Assembly (NCBI RefSeq): GCF_004010195.1
Contig: NC_057720.1
Coordinates: 33,771,304 to 33,835,303, forward strand
Direction of reading: 5' to 3'
Source: Chiloscyllium plagiosum
Lineage: Eukaryota
DNA: 64,000 nt
Part shown: positions 11,977-24,924 of the stretch, one piece after another
Layout: each line of letters begins with the position of its first letter
How positions within the stretch are numbered: position 1 is the stretch's first letter
Notes under the pieces: generated by a model
Databases searched by the model: none
Seen by the model: only the letters and a program-made list of their open reading frames with translations
What the model was told of the DNA's origin: nothing
Made by a program: the position numbers and the translations under genes

Positions 11977-12600
11977 ACCACCCTTATAGGCGGTGAATCC
12001 CAGATCCTCCTCATCCTCTGAGCACTTTTAAACCTCCTGTCCCATGCCTTAAATCAATGCCCCTAGTCATTGACCCCTTTACCAAGGGGAAACATTTCTT
12101 CCTGTGTACCCTATCTATGCCCCTCATAATATTATAAATCTCAATAATGTCACCCCTCAGTGTGCTCTCCTGCAAGAGAAATAACCCCAGTCTACCCAAT
12201 CTATCTTCATAAATCAAACTCTCCAGCCCAGACAACGTCTCTAGTTCCATGCACAAATTACCATTGTGGTCCTTAATTGATTCTACTTTCTCCCCAGTTA
12301 TTCTTTTATCCTTAATGTACCTGTAAAATAACTTAGAATATTCCTTTATTTTAGCTGTCACCTTTTTGCTCTCCGAATTTCCTTTTTAGAGTTTTCTTTT
12401 TCACATTTGGTACTCTGCTGGGGTTATTGCTGGCTCTAGCCTCAGTGTCTGCCATAAACTTCCTTTACTCTTTTTGTCTAATTCTGTATATCTCTTGATA
12501 TCCAGGATTCACAGGTTTTTGTTGGTCTGACTTTTTATCCTTATTGTGACATGTTGGCCCTGTAGCCTCCCTATTTCCTTCTTGAGTGCATCCCACATTA
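11977..12600 (-). mobile_element. Old CR1 fragments, right piece of the element begun at 5185
   Basis: ORF 12011-12361 (YEDRLGRLGLF...LRGDIIEIYNIMRG) is CR1 ORF2-like. Confidence 0.7.
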
Positions 12601-14798
12601 TCACTCTGTGCCAAAGCATAAGTTGCTAATTTTACAAAACTGAGGAAATTACTTGAAATCATGCCCTCAACAAACTGATGAATCTTGAGAAATTCATACA
12701 GTCTATCTATTGCACAACATTCACCCAGATTCAGTTATCATAGACATAATTCAATAGCCGTTATTCAACTGTTCTATTTGAAGTCAGAATTTATACCTCG
12801 TGTTAACAGTAGCTGACACAATAATGTTGCTTGTTTTTCAGTCTGTGACTTCTGATGAGTTTCAATGTGCCAAGTAGTACAGGGCTACAATGGCACTTAG
12901 GAAGAACTTACGTCATGCTGTGTCTTCAGCCTCAGTCCAAAGTCTGAGTAAAAACTCTCTCTTGCATATTGTGCAGTACTGGTGTCATGAGAGGACAACA
13001 AGACAGGCAAATTATGTTGGTGTATAGTTCCATTTTCTTACATTCCCAATATTATAACTTTTGTGTATTATTCAGACAAATTATTCATCAGTGAAATATT
13101 TATAATGTTATTACTTTGACATTATCATTTGAATAATAAATGCTGCCTGTACAGATAATTGTCCTGTTAGGTTGCTGGAAGCAGTTGGATTCCAAGCTTT
13201 ATTGAGTACTAGCTCAAATGATGTATGATATAACAGAGTTTGTCAGGAACAAGTTGGTAAAAAGAGTGAGATGCACATTTGCATCCCAAAAGCATAATAA
13301 CCTTCTCCTTGAAATGTTTGACACTGACATCCTTGTACGATTTCTCTACTTTGGCACAACCATTCTCTTGCCTGAAAAGAATTGGACAGTTGCAGAAAAT
13401 AATGTGATAATCTTTCTTTCTCTATGGAAGTTTCATCTGAGATTGAAAAATCAAATCATCTCAATAAATTAACAATGAGGGTAAAAGCCAAAGTTGTGTA
13501 CTAAGTATATCCAAGAACAGTCAATAAGAATGTTCGAATATCCTTAGCTAATTTGTTAAATTTTTATATTCTTGAATAAAAATAACATAGAAATTGGCTG
13601 CTCACCAAAAGCTATCTGTTACAGCATAGAACTATTCAAGAAATTGGAGAGGTATTTATTGATCTAATATTCAGCCAAACCCTTATACCCATTATTCCGG
13701 TCTCCAGAGCTTGGAGAAAGAATCTGTTTTCAGTACTTTGTTCAGCTACTTGAACAAATCTCTTTGAACTGATTTTCTCTCTGCAGAGTGACAGTCAGGT
13801 GTGAAGAGGGGAAAATGAATGATGCACCATATGTTCCAGTCATGTTTAATTAGCTGTCCAGGGAAAACTATTTTTATTCTTGTGTCAGTCCCTCGATTTT
13901 ATATTTCGGTTTGTTATAATTAGTGGTAGAAATGGTGAACTAAGATTTCTGTTCTTTGATAGAATTGTTTTCTGAAATAGTTTGCAAAAGGCTATTTGAA
14001 GTCTTCATGCTTGTTTGGCTCATTATCCTTTTGAACAACACTCCCTGTGTGCAGAGTTTTCTTCCTGAATTTTCTGTTTCATTTCTTGTTAATTACCTTA
14101 TTAATAGTGGCTGAAAATGAAAACACAGAAAATGCTGATAATACTGAGCATGTCAAGGAGCATCTGTGGAGAGTACAATAGAGTTAATGTTTCACGTTTG
14201 TGATTTGGATTCTGCTGGCCATCTTGTTCCTGTCTCTAGGAGGGATAATACCTGCTCAAATTTTGCTGTCAGGTAGTTTTCAATGATGAACTTTCTGGTT
14301 TAAAACTTTACTAAACGCATATGAAATAGGTAGTAGATCATTCACCCCCTTCAAATCTGTTTTGCTATCTTCAACTCTCAACTTCACTTTTCTGCCAGCT
14401 CCTATATTCCTCGATTCCCTGAGTGTTCAAAAATTGTTTTAACTCACTCTTGAATATACACAACAATAGATTATCTACAACCCTGTGGGGTCCTGCCATC
14501 AAAAACACACCTGAGCCTTTTTAAAATCCTGTTTCTCACCAGTGAGTTTCCCACTGGATTAGTTGGCCTGAGCAGAAAGCCTAATCCAGGACAGAATTTC
14601 TGGTGGGTGAGCCAGAAACCCTGTTCTGTTGTGACCTAATTTTGTTTCAGATGGACCCGAAGAAGGGGAAGTAATTCTTATCCTTTTTTGTAGAATTCAG
14701 CCTATTGCGACAGTGGATTAAAATGTTCTGATTATTATTATATGATAAGAAGATGGCTCCTATGTATATAACCTAATGTGAGAGAGTGCTGACATTAT

Positions 14799-14888
14799 AA
14801 GAAGAAGGGCTTATGCCCGAAATGTCGATTCTCCTGTTCCTTTGATGCTGCCTGACCTGCTGCGCTTTTCCAACAACACATTTTTAAG
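14799..14888 (+). mobile_element. Short Penelope pLTR fragment (family A) with GTGCTGACATTATAA flanking duplication
   Basis: GAAGAAGGGCTTATGCCCGAAATGTCGATTCTCCTG...; AGTGCTGACATTATAAG occurs on both sides. Confidence 0.7.
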
Positions 14889-15829
14889 TGCTGACATTAT
14901 AAGACAAGATCCCAATGTCTGCACCAATCTGGTACTCTGGCTTTATTTCTTCGAAGAATTTCAAGGGAACATTGAATTTGAAAATCACAAGCTCTTTCAA
15001 TTTACAGACCAACCATTAAAGTGTTTTTATATGTTCATACATCTTGGGTAATTTCACTGTGTTAAAGTTACTGTGTAAGTGTTGTTACAGTGCCAGTGAT
15101 TTTGTGCAGCTTTTTCAAACCTGGGAACAACACCAAAGTAGTCATGCTAGCTTTGCTGAAGCTCAAAAGATAGGACAAGAATCATAACTCTTTTTCAGCA
15201 AGCTATTTCCTGTAAGTGGGGTTGTCAAGTCTGGGAAATGTTCAGTTTTAAAAATTCAGAAAGCAAATGCACAAAATATAGCTCACAAAAGGATCCGATT
15301 AACCCCCAAATTGTCTCTGTTTCTCTGGAATAAGAAAATGTTATTGTAAAACCTGAACAATATATAATAATGGAATAGTAATTTTTAGGTGAAATACACT
15401 ACTTGTTTAAGACATCAATATGATTAGAAGGATGCATACTGTTCCAGGTCACCATCTCGCCAAACATACAAAATAATTGATCAAACACTGTTTGGTGGGG
15501 ACAATGTCCTCTTGATGGAACCTGCCACTAATCTGTTGCTATCCAGATTCAATTCAAATCAGTTTAACGGTGTCTTTGTTTTAAATTTATTTTTCGAGAA
15601 TTACCTCATGCCTTGTGAATCATAGAGATCTACTTCAGAAACAATGTATGATTAATTGACCTGGGTCAATGGGCTGATATTTATAGTTGAATACAAACTT
15701 TTGAATTCTCGAACATGATAAGTTGCTACTTTGACTGCCCGATAATTCTCTCAATTATTTTTGAAGTTCACTGTTTATTTTTATATTTTTATAATTGACA
15801 ACCAGGACTAGGTGACCATTAGAAGGTAC

Positions 15830-16100
15830 TTTTCAAGACGTCTTGTTGATTTACTATGGTGCATTTTTCAGACAGCACACTCTGCTGGCTTGAGTTGCTG
15901 TGCTGAAGGGGCTGAATGCTAAAGTTGATGAATGGGATGTCAATCAATTTAGCTGCTGAGGGCTGGAATGTATTAACCTTCTTGTTACAGCTTTAATTAT
16001 CCAAGCTACTGGAGAGTATTCTATAACACTTCTGACATCTGTCTTGAAGATTGAGAGGCTTTGAGGAGTCAGAAAGTAAGTCATTCATTGCAGAATACCC
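15830..16100 (-). mobile_element. Highly degenerate old CR1-like fragment
   Basis: Similar to 35800-36000 (TCCAAGC...GGAGAGTATTC...ACACT.CTGAC...GCAGAATACCCA). Confidence 0.5.
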
Positions 16101-16630
16101 AATATTACAGAATAACAAAAAAGTTTCATATCGTTGACAACGCAAATTTTCAAATCTAAGTGCTATTTCTTTTTTTTTGTTAAAATTAGAGTGTGTTGAA
16201 GGAATGGTGAATTGGTTGGTCGATAATTTTCTGAACCATCAATGTGCTATGCTGTTTTATCAGTAGAAGGTAAATGGTGAATGCAGTTATTTTTGTGTCA
16301 CTATTCCAACTAAGTACTGAGGTGGTCTTACAAATAGTGTCAATGCAGCTGTTCACTGTACACCTGTATTAGTTGTATTTGTTCTTTTAAAACAGTTGAG
16401 TAAGGTACATGAACCATATATTTGCAATTTGTCCATCTTTTAAATTGAAAAATTGGTGTTCCTTTTGTCAAGAATGGTAATGGTCTGAAGGTGTTAACAT
16501 TCATGTTGTATTGAGCTCCACCCATTCTGCTATGTTTCTCACAATCTGTGGCAGGAGACTGTAAATTCAACTCGAGGCTTCACAGTGACCAAATGCAGTT
16601 TATGCAGCTGCCAAGAATCTTATTGTGAAG

Positions 16631-16872
16631 GAGCCGGTGTTGGACTGGGGTGGATAATCACACAACACCAGGTTATAGTCTATCAGGCTTATTTGGAAGC
16701 TCTAACTTCCAGAGCGCTGCCCCTTCATTAGGTAGCTGTGGGACAGGATCATAAGCCACAGAATCTATAGCAAAATATTATAGTGTCATGCAACTAAAAT
16801 GATATATTGAACAAACCTAGATTGCCATTCAGTCTTTCATCTTTTAGAATGGGTTGCAGGTTTTGGTTCATT
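16631..16872 (-). mobile_element. Penelope pLTR fragment (family B)
   Basis: GCCGGTGTTGGACTGGGGT...CACACAACACCAGGTTATAGTC...GCGCTGCCCCTTCATTAGG matches the palindrome at 31659-31953; decayed hammerhead. Confidence 0.7.
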
Positions 16873-16989
16873 AATATGACTGGAATAACATTATACGTAT
16901 AAGAGTTGCATGCTAAGGGTCTAATCAAAGTAATAGGTAATCCAAAATTGTATGTACTAATTAAGGTAGGGAAATCATAACAATTTATC

Positions 16990-19360
16990 AAAGCGATGGT
17001 TTCAAAACAGGACAGTAAGAAAGATTAGCACTGCCACGGGATTCCTACTTGGCCCAGACCTGGAAAACATCCTTATTGGATTCCATGAAAAACATGTCTT
17101 TGATATTGACACACCGAGCCTTGTACCTATTTTAAACTTCTCGTGCAAAATTGATATTTTTGCTACATTTGAATCTGCATCTGCATTTAAGAGTTTTCTT
17201 GCATATCTCATGGGCTTTTTCATGCATTCTAATCACCTTGGTAATTGAGAGGACCAGTGAGCACTTTTTCCTTGATAAATCAGCCAGGGGTTTCTCTACT
17301 ACTGTCCACCACAAACCTGCTTTCACTGGTCAGTGAATGTATTGGAATTCCTTCAGTTCCACATGCAATAACATTGACCTATATTCAGAATCTTGTCAAT
17401 AGGGCCTGAGCTGTTTCTTCATGGTGCAAGCTTGATGCTAAAATAAAGCACATCAAAGCCATCCCATAAGAAAGTTTTTTAAAAAAAAATGTAGCATTGT
17501 TATTTTGATTGGGGGGGGGGGGGGCTGATGTTTCATGTGGTATCTGTCGATAAAGACTTGTATGAATTGAATCAGGTCAGCTCTTTTCTCAATGGACATT
17601 GTGCAAACTCATGAATAAGCATGATTTAATTACTTTTAATCATGGAAAGTGTCCTGTGTGCCTCAGATTAACCTGGACGGGCAAGGTATCCCAAGTATTT
17701 GAGCAACAGGCCAAGCTAGCAGTTATACACTGCTACTGTACAGTCACAACACAAAACACAGCCATCAAGCCAGAAAGGTGTTCTGTCTCTCATACCACAT
17801 TAGTGATGTGGTATTTGATTTTTTTAATGCTGGTGTGGTGCTCAGAATTTTGGCCGTAAATCCCAAAAACTACACGCTGGCTTATAACAACTCCATTGGC
17901 AATTTGCACCAAATAAGTTACTGACCTTATTCAATCATCCCACATTTACAAAACTCGCAACACAGTACCCAATATTAAATGTAATTCTACAATGGGACAC
18001 TGCCAAGTAATCCTGAATGCATGAGGAATCATGCTGACAAGCAATTTTGGATTTTCGGTCGGGCTCACCCTATGGTGCACCCCTGTACTGCAAACTATGT
18101 ATATTAGTATATAGGGCCTGTTCAGACCCCACCAATAGGGATATATTTCCCTCCTAACTGCTATCTGCAAAAAAATGACTCTCTTGCCAGACTCACATCC
18201 CCAGCCAGCCCATCCCCCAACCCCGGCACCTTCCCCTGCCACTGCAGGAAGTGCAAAATCTGCACCCACACCTCCCCCTTCGCCTCCTTACAAGGCCCCA
18301 AAAGATCTTTCCACATCCGACAGAAATTTACCTCTATTCCCTCACATGTTATCTACTGCACCTGATGTGGTCTCCTCTACATTGGGGAGACAGGACGCCT
18401 ACTTGCGGATCGTTTCAGAGAACATCTCTGGGGCACCCACTCCAACCAACCCTACCGTGCAGTGGCTGAACACTTCAACCCTCCCTCCCAACCCCCAAGG
18501 ACATGCAGGTCCTGGACCTCCTCCATCGCCAATTTTATCACTGGACATTTGGAGGAAGAACGCTTCATCTTCTGTTTTGGGACTTTGCAATCACAGGGGA
18601 TAAAAGGGGATTTCAACAGTTTCCCCATTTCCCATCCCCCCACCATATTCTTCAACTTGGCACCACCCTCTTGACTAGTCCTACCTGTCCATCTTCCTTC
18701 CTACCCATCTACTCCACTCTTTTCTCTGACCTATCACATCCACCGACCTTCATCTACCTATTATATTTCCTGCTACCTTCCCCCCCGGTCCCACCCACCC
18801 TCCCACTTATCTCTCAGCTCCCCTAGCCCACAAGCCTCATTTCTGATGAAGGGCTTACGCCCAAAACAGCAATTCTCCTGCTTCTCGGATGCTGTCTGAC
18901 CTGCTATGCTTTTCCAGCACCAAATTCTCGACTGTGATCTCCAGCATCTGCAGTCCTGACTTTCTCCCTGTTCTTTGTAGACAGGAAGAACATGTACACA
19001 CTCTACACCTGTGTCAACTCACCAAAATAGGTGACAGCCATTCTTCGGTCTATTTCTCAGGGCATTGCTTTGACCAATCAAAGTCAACCTGCGCAGTTTA
19101 AAATTTAACCAAAGCTTGGTAGTTATTTGTCAGTCATAATTAACTAGTGCATTCCCCATCTCTACCAATCAGAGTCCAACAGTCAACCAATTAGCATTCT
19201 CCTTTCATACACTTAAATGTTGTTGTCCCTATACTTGCGTAATTCTTATCAATTATCCTAATGAGTATAAGAAAACAAAGCTTTTATAAGTATAAGAAAA
19301 CAAAGCTTTGATAAAAGGTACTGCTTTTTAGCAGTATTCAAGTTTTGTACTACCAAGTGA
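16990..19360 (+). mobile_element. Old degenerate Penelope-like element (RT + GIY-YIG + pLTR), split by a younger Penelope
   Basis: GFSTTVHHKPAFTGQ (PLE RT C-terminal motif) ~17290-17335; KCPVCLRLTW ~17645; VVFDF.C.C...GR.SQ (GIY-YIG) ~17805-17870; PVLCRQEEHVH resumes after 18967. Confidence 0.65.
18124..18966 (+). mobile_element. 5'-truncated Penelope-like element (family A): Zn linker, GIY-YIG, pLTR
   Basis: C..C..C linker, CGLLYIGET, LEEERFIFC.GTLQ.QGI..DFNSF, pyrimidine-rich 3'UTR, CTGATGAAGGG pLTR; TSD CCTGTTC at 18117-18123 and 18967-18973. Confidence 0.85.
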
Positions 19361-20317
19361 CTAGTAGTACATAAATGTACACACGCCAGCATTTAGTTTT
19401 TGTTAAAGATAGAGAATGACATCAGTTCTCTGACATTGTTGATGGTGAAGCTGATGTTTCATGTGCCATTATTACTAAAGTCTTGTGTAAATTGAATAGT
19501 GTAGGAATATTCTAATTTAGGAAGTTGCCACATTGTTATCATTCATCAGTGGTGTAAAGAGGTAATGTTCAAACACTTAAATGCTGGAACAATGGAAAAT
19601 CTGTTGAAAATCTGAGAGGTAGTGCCTCTGGGCCATGAATGGGATATACCATGTGATGTCACATTTCTTTAATAGAAGGGAGGAAACAGTAAATGATACT
19701 CAAAGAAAATCTACATTATTGTTTTGATATAGCCTGCAAAAATTTGGTTTAAAGATATTAATATTCTTTTGAAATAGGCAGTCACATTGCTTGTGGACGT
19801 TTGAATAGTATTCAAGTTATTTTTGCATCCCAACTGTTCAGCAAATGCAAGAGCTGATGATAGAATTCCACCTAACTGTCCTTCAGTGAGTTGGCATAAA
19901 GTATTAAAGGACCGTGTACTCTACAGTGCACAAAAAAATATACTTGCATGTTTATTTACGAGGTACTGAGATCACATTATGCAGGTTAATTGTTAAAGAA
20001 GAAATGTGGTGCTCTTCATGCAAGTTGCCCTACATTAGTGAAAGGAGTAGCACCACCAACTGTTTAAATGTAAATAGCTGGATGATTGAAAGTCATGGAT
20101 AAATTGGCTTGACTGCTGGTAGAAATCTTATGATCTTAAAACTGAATGGCATGAAGGAAAATAAGAAAAGTTACAATGTGCGATGGGCACAGAAATTAGC
20201 ACAAAATAATTGGTTTGACAGTTTAAGAAACAGGAGCTCATTGATCTAATTGGAGCATTTGGACACTGGCTTTTGAAGTCTTTAATTTGAATTAAGGCCA
20301 TAATGTCATAAAATATA

Positions 20318-21235
20318 GGTAGACAGGCAGGAGGCTGGAATAACACAGCAAGCCAGACAGCATCAAGAGGTGGAGAAGTCAATGTTTTAGTGTAACCCTT
20401 CTTCAGGACGGGGGTGGAGGGAAGTCGGAGNNNNNNNNNNNNNNNGTAAGGGGAGCTGCTGATAAAGGGGTGGGGTGGGGGAGGAGGGGGCAGCAGCTGC
20501 AGCTGGGTGGTGAGGTAGGGATAGGTGAACACAGATAGAAAGTACAACCTGGTTGGGCAATGGGAGGAGTGAATCCAGTTGGTAGCTAGAAGGAAGGGTT
20601 GATCAGAGGAATGGAATGGAAGGGAGGAGGAGAGGCTAGGGAGACGGGGATGGGAAGGGAGGTTATTTGGAACTAGAGAACTCAATGTTGAATCCTTCAG
20701 GCTGTAGGCTGCCCGGGCAGAAGATGAGGTGGTGTTCCTCCAATTTGTGGTCTGATTCGCTGTGGCAATGGAGGAGGCCAAGGATGGTCAGGTCGGAAAG
20801 GAAGTGGGAAGGGAAATTAAAGTGGATGATGACTGGGAGGTTCAGTCGGCCCCTGCGGATCTAGCTTCAATGCTTGGCGAAACATTTCCTTAGTTTATGT
20901 TTGGTCTACCTGATGTAGAGAAGACCACTTCGCTAGCACTGGATAGAGTAAACTAGGTTGGAGGACTTCTGTCTCACCTGGAGGAGAGGCAGATGAACTT
21001 CTGTCTCACCTGGAAGGACTATTTGGGGCCCTGGGTGGAGGTGAAGGGTATGGTGTGCCAGCGGAATTTGCATCTTTTCCGGTTACAGGGAAGGTACCTG
21101 AGGGTTCAGGAGGATAGGTGGGGAGAGTGGTGCAAACCAGGGATTGGCGAATGGAATGGTCCTTATGGATGACAGAGAGGGCCGGGAAGGGGAAGAAGTT
21201 CTTGGTGGTGGGGTCTAATTGGAGTTGATGGAACT
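20318..21235 (-). mobile_element. Penelope-like element 3' part (family C)
   Basis: Minus strand KLEEHHLIFC.G.LQPEGFNIEFSS-type GIY-YIG C-terminus; pLTR with GTCCTGAAGAAGGGTTAC...AAAC.TTGAC hammerhead-like motif at ~20377-20409. Confidence 0.8.
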
Positions 21236-21264
21236 ACAGCCACAGCTGCAAATCCCTCAGATGT

Positions 21265-22500
21265 AAAATATAGGAGCAGGATAAGGCCATTTAACCCGTC
21301 AAGTCTGCTCCGCCATTTGACCGTGGATGATGTTTCTCAATCTGTTTTCCTGCCTTCTCCCCATAATCCTTGATCCCCTTACTCATCAAGAAACTATCTA
21401 CCTCTTAAATACATTCAATGACTTGGCCTCCACAGTCTTCTGTGGCATTGGGTTCCACAGATTCACCACCCTCTGGCTGAAGAAATTCCTCCTCATCTCC
21501 GTTCGAAAGGGTTGTCCCTTCCCTCTGAGTCTGTGCCCTTGGGTCCTCGTCTCTCCTACTAATGGAAACATCATACATCCACTTTATCCAGGCCTTTCAG
21601 TATTCTGTAAGTTTCAATCGAATGCCCCTCTCAACTTTCTAAACTTCATCGACTACAGACCCAGAACCCTCAACTGCTCCTCATAAGACAAGCCCTTCAT
21701 TTCTGATATCATTCTTCTGGACCACATCCAAGGCTAGCACATCCATCCTCAGATATGGGGCCCAAAACTGCTCACAGTATTCCAACTATGATCTGACCAG
21801 AGCCTTATACAGCCTCAGGATGACTGCAGATGCTGGATTAATAGGTCGGAGAGGAGGGTGGAGCCACTAGGTGGAAAGGAAGATGTCCATCTTCCTTCCC
21901 ACCTATCTGTTCCACCCTCCTCTCTGACCTCTCACCTTCCCCCACCTCCCTGACCTTCATCTACTTATCACATTCCCAGCCACCTCCTCCCCCCCATCCC
22001 CCTTCCCATTTATCTCTCAGCTACCTCGGCCCACAAGCCTCATTCCTGATGAAGGGCTTACACCTGAAACATTGATTCTCCTGCTCATTGGATGCTGCCT
22101 GACCTGTTGTGCTTTTCTAGCACCACATTCTCGACCCTTTTAAGGCCTCAGCAGTACATCCCCGCTGTGGTATTCTAGCCCTCTGAAGACGAATGCTTAC
22201 GTTGCATTTGTCTTACTAACTGCCAACTGAACTTGCATGTTAACCTTAGAAAGTATCCTGAACTTGGATTTCCAAGTTCCTTTGTGATTCACATTTCTGA
22301 AGCCTTTTCCCAGTTAAAAAACAGTCTGTGCCTCTTCTTACTACCAAAGTGCGTAACCTCACACTTTCCCACATTGTATTCCAACTGCCACTCCTTTCCC
22401 CACTCTTCTAGCCTGTCTAAGTCCTTCTGCAGCTTTCAATCCTCCTCAGCACCATCTGTCCCTCCACCTATCTTTGTGTCATCTGCAAACTTAGCAACAG
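21265..22500 (-). mobile_element. CR1 LINE 3' part, interrupted by a Penelope pLTR insertion (21819-22144)
   Basis: Typical reverse CR1 (CCACAGATTCACCACCCTCTGGCTGAAGAAATTCCTCCTCATCTC; TCATCTGCAAACTT); insert flanked by GCCTCAG at 21812-21818 and 22145-22151. Confidence 0.8.
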
Positions 22501-22502
22501 TG

Positions 22503-22596
22503 GCCTTACCTAACCTGTACATGTCTGGACTGTGGAAGGAAACCGGAGCACCCAGAGGAAACCCATTCCGCACAGACAGTTGCCCAAGGCTGGAAT
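22503..22596 (-). mobile_element. HE1 SINE fragment
   Basis: CCTAACCTG.ACAT.TCTGGACTGTGG.AGGAAACCGGAGCACCC.GAGGAAACCCA is the reverse of the V-domain. Confidence 0.7.
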
Positions 22597-23946
22597 TACG
22601 CTTAATATGTTCCGAGGTTTCCTGAGTGGTACGTTCTCAAAAGCTCTCTGAGTATTCAAATATACTGCAACCAATGGTTTCACCCTACTGACACTGCTAG
22701 TAATAGGTTCTAAAAATTCTTATCAGATTTGTCTGCGCTCTTAAATAACCTTAGTAAGCCGCTCAGTTCAAGGGGCAAGCATCAACCACATGGTATGAAC
22801 AAACCTACACGAAAGAGTGAGAGGCAGAAGTTGTACTGCAAGAGTAAATTGTTTGGATCTGGAATACACTGTCTGGAAGTGTGGTGGAGGCAAGTTCAAA
22901 CAAGGTATCCAAGAGGCCATTGGATGATTCTTTATGTAGAAATGAGGTGTGGGATTATGGGTAAATGGTGCGATAAAGGTGCTAAGTTAGTTTCTTCATT
23001 TGAAGAACTGGTGCAGATATGATGGGCCGAATGGACACTAAGTGAACAGCAACAATTCTGCGTTGGTGTGATTTCTGCGATCTGCTTGAGCATTCTTACC
23101 CCTTTGCCCAAAATGAGTTTTCTTTTTGTCCATTTTTTCATTTGATGGTTGTTCCTTTAAATCAGAATAGTGTTTAAAACAAAATGCAGGAACATACGTT
23201 GCGCGGCAAGTTCTGTTAACTTCTGGAGTATAAAAGGCAAATTTGCTGGCATTGGAGGTTCGTTTGAAATATCTCAATATGAAGCTCTTCAAAGAGAAAT
23301 CATGTTGTGATCTTCAAAGAACAAACTTTAATTATTTAGGCTCACACAGTGTTAAGACATTTGTGACATCCATTCCTTTTATCTTATTTTACTGTTCTTA
23401 TCAGCAAAAATGCTTTGGAATTTTTTTTAACATTGAAGGCTCTGCATTCCTGATGTTGTGCTTCCACTTGTTTTGGTGGTGGAGCCTGAAGCTTCTCTGG
23501 TTTTTCATTGAGAAACTGATATAATTTGTCTCAGTATGAATGTGATATGGAATGGGAATCAGTTGACCTGGCTAACACTGGGTTTTTCACTCAACTGCAG
23601 GAATTAGGAGGGATATACTTGCATACGTGGGTCCCATTGTGAAATATAATTGAGGGAATTGCATCATGCACAGTGGCTCGTGACAATCGTGGAAACAGTG
23701 CACCTGTACGTCCCTGCAGTTGTTCACATTGAAAAACATACTGACAGATTGTATTTATTTTAAGTGGCTGTTTTTCTGAAAACAATAAGAATGTACTATT
23801 ATCAGAAAGTTGTGAATTGGAACTTGGGGCATTAAACGCTGTTGGGCTAGGCCCTGCATTTTGGGCCCAGCACCAACAGAATTCCTGTGATGGATTCCAG
23901 AATTGCTGAACCTGTTGGACCAGGCACCTGCCTGAAGAGGGCATTA

Positions 23947-24701
23947 CAGAGGAACCTCGATTATCCAAATGAGATGGGCGGGTACTATTTTATTCAGTTA
24001 GTTGATTATTCGGTTAAGTGATTCAATGCCTCTCCTCTTGGGCTCGGAATTTTCTGTTAAGTCTACTCCCCATTCAGGAGACGGGGCAGCAGCACACTAC
24101 GCATGAGCCCCTGCTCACCCCCCAAAACCCGTCCAACACTGCCTCCCGCCAGCTCCCTGTCCCCTGACCACCTGCCTCCCAACCATGTTCAACACCACCA
24201 CCAGTCTGCCACCCCTAAACACGTCCAACACCATCCTCACCCACCCCCCACCCAAACCCCTTCCAATAACACCCCCCACATGTCCCTTAATCCCATCCGG
24301 GGCAGTCGGACTGGACACCAAAAACAAGACTGCTGCTGCTGCCTTTGGAGGGGCTTAGTCTCCAAAGTGTGCGTGCGCGCGCACGCACGTGCACACACAC
24401 ACACACACACACACACACCAATGTTGGGGAGAATATCTGGGTACAGCCCTGTGTAGAACTCCAGGGAAAGTGTGGGGAGAGAGAAAGAGAGCGCGGGAGG
24501 TCAGTCATTTGGAGACGATGCCTGTACTCCCAACAATATCCAGGACTGTTCTCGGCAGCATTTCAGTCAGCCGAGTTCACTTTTGATCACTGTAAACAAA
24601 AGACACATCCTTGTTGGAAACACATCCTTGATGTAATGTTTCTATCGGGACCTTGAGATCGCTTTTGGATAATTGATATTCGGATAATGAAGGTTCCCCT
24701 G
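23947..24701. mobile_element. Non-autonomous Tc1/mariner (pogo/Tigger-like) DNA transposon
   Basis: TIRs CAGAGGAACCTCGATTATCC.AA and TTCGGATAAT.AAGGTTCCCCTG, both flanked by TA; no transposase ORF. Confidence 0.8.
24367..24418 (+). repeat. Alternating purine-pyrimidine microsatellite (GTGC/GC/CA)n
   Basis: GTGTGCGTGCGCGCGCACGCACGTG(CA)n. Confidence 0.9.
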
Positions 24702-24924
24702 TAGTCCTAACCTCGTGATTGTATCCTAGGACTGGGTTTCGACAACCTATGGCCCTGGATCTGCAACCAGCACCTTGACATCTCTTTTATGGTGCCCACC
24801 CTTTATTGGTCATTGTCATTTTCATGTAGAGTAATCTAGAAATGTGAAGTTAAGAGAATATCAACTCAGAATGTTTCCATAACTTTCCTGTGGGACCCAA
24901 AGGTTGATAATCACATCACAGTTG

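Noticed and set aside
12852..12880. CTGATGAG as a hammerhead core (also at 2713)
   Set aside because: No stem II or GAAA follows.
23226..23240. TATAAAAGG as a promoter
   Set aside because: Expected by chance in AT-rich DNA; no CpG island or downstream exon seen.
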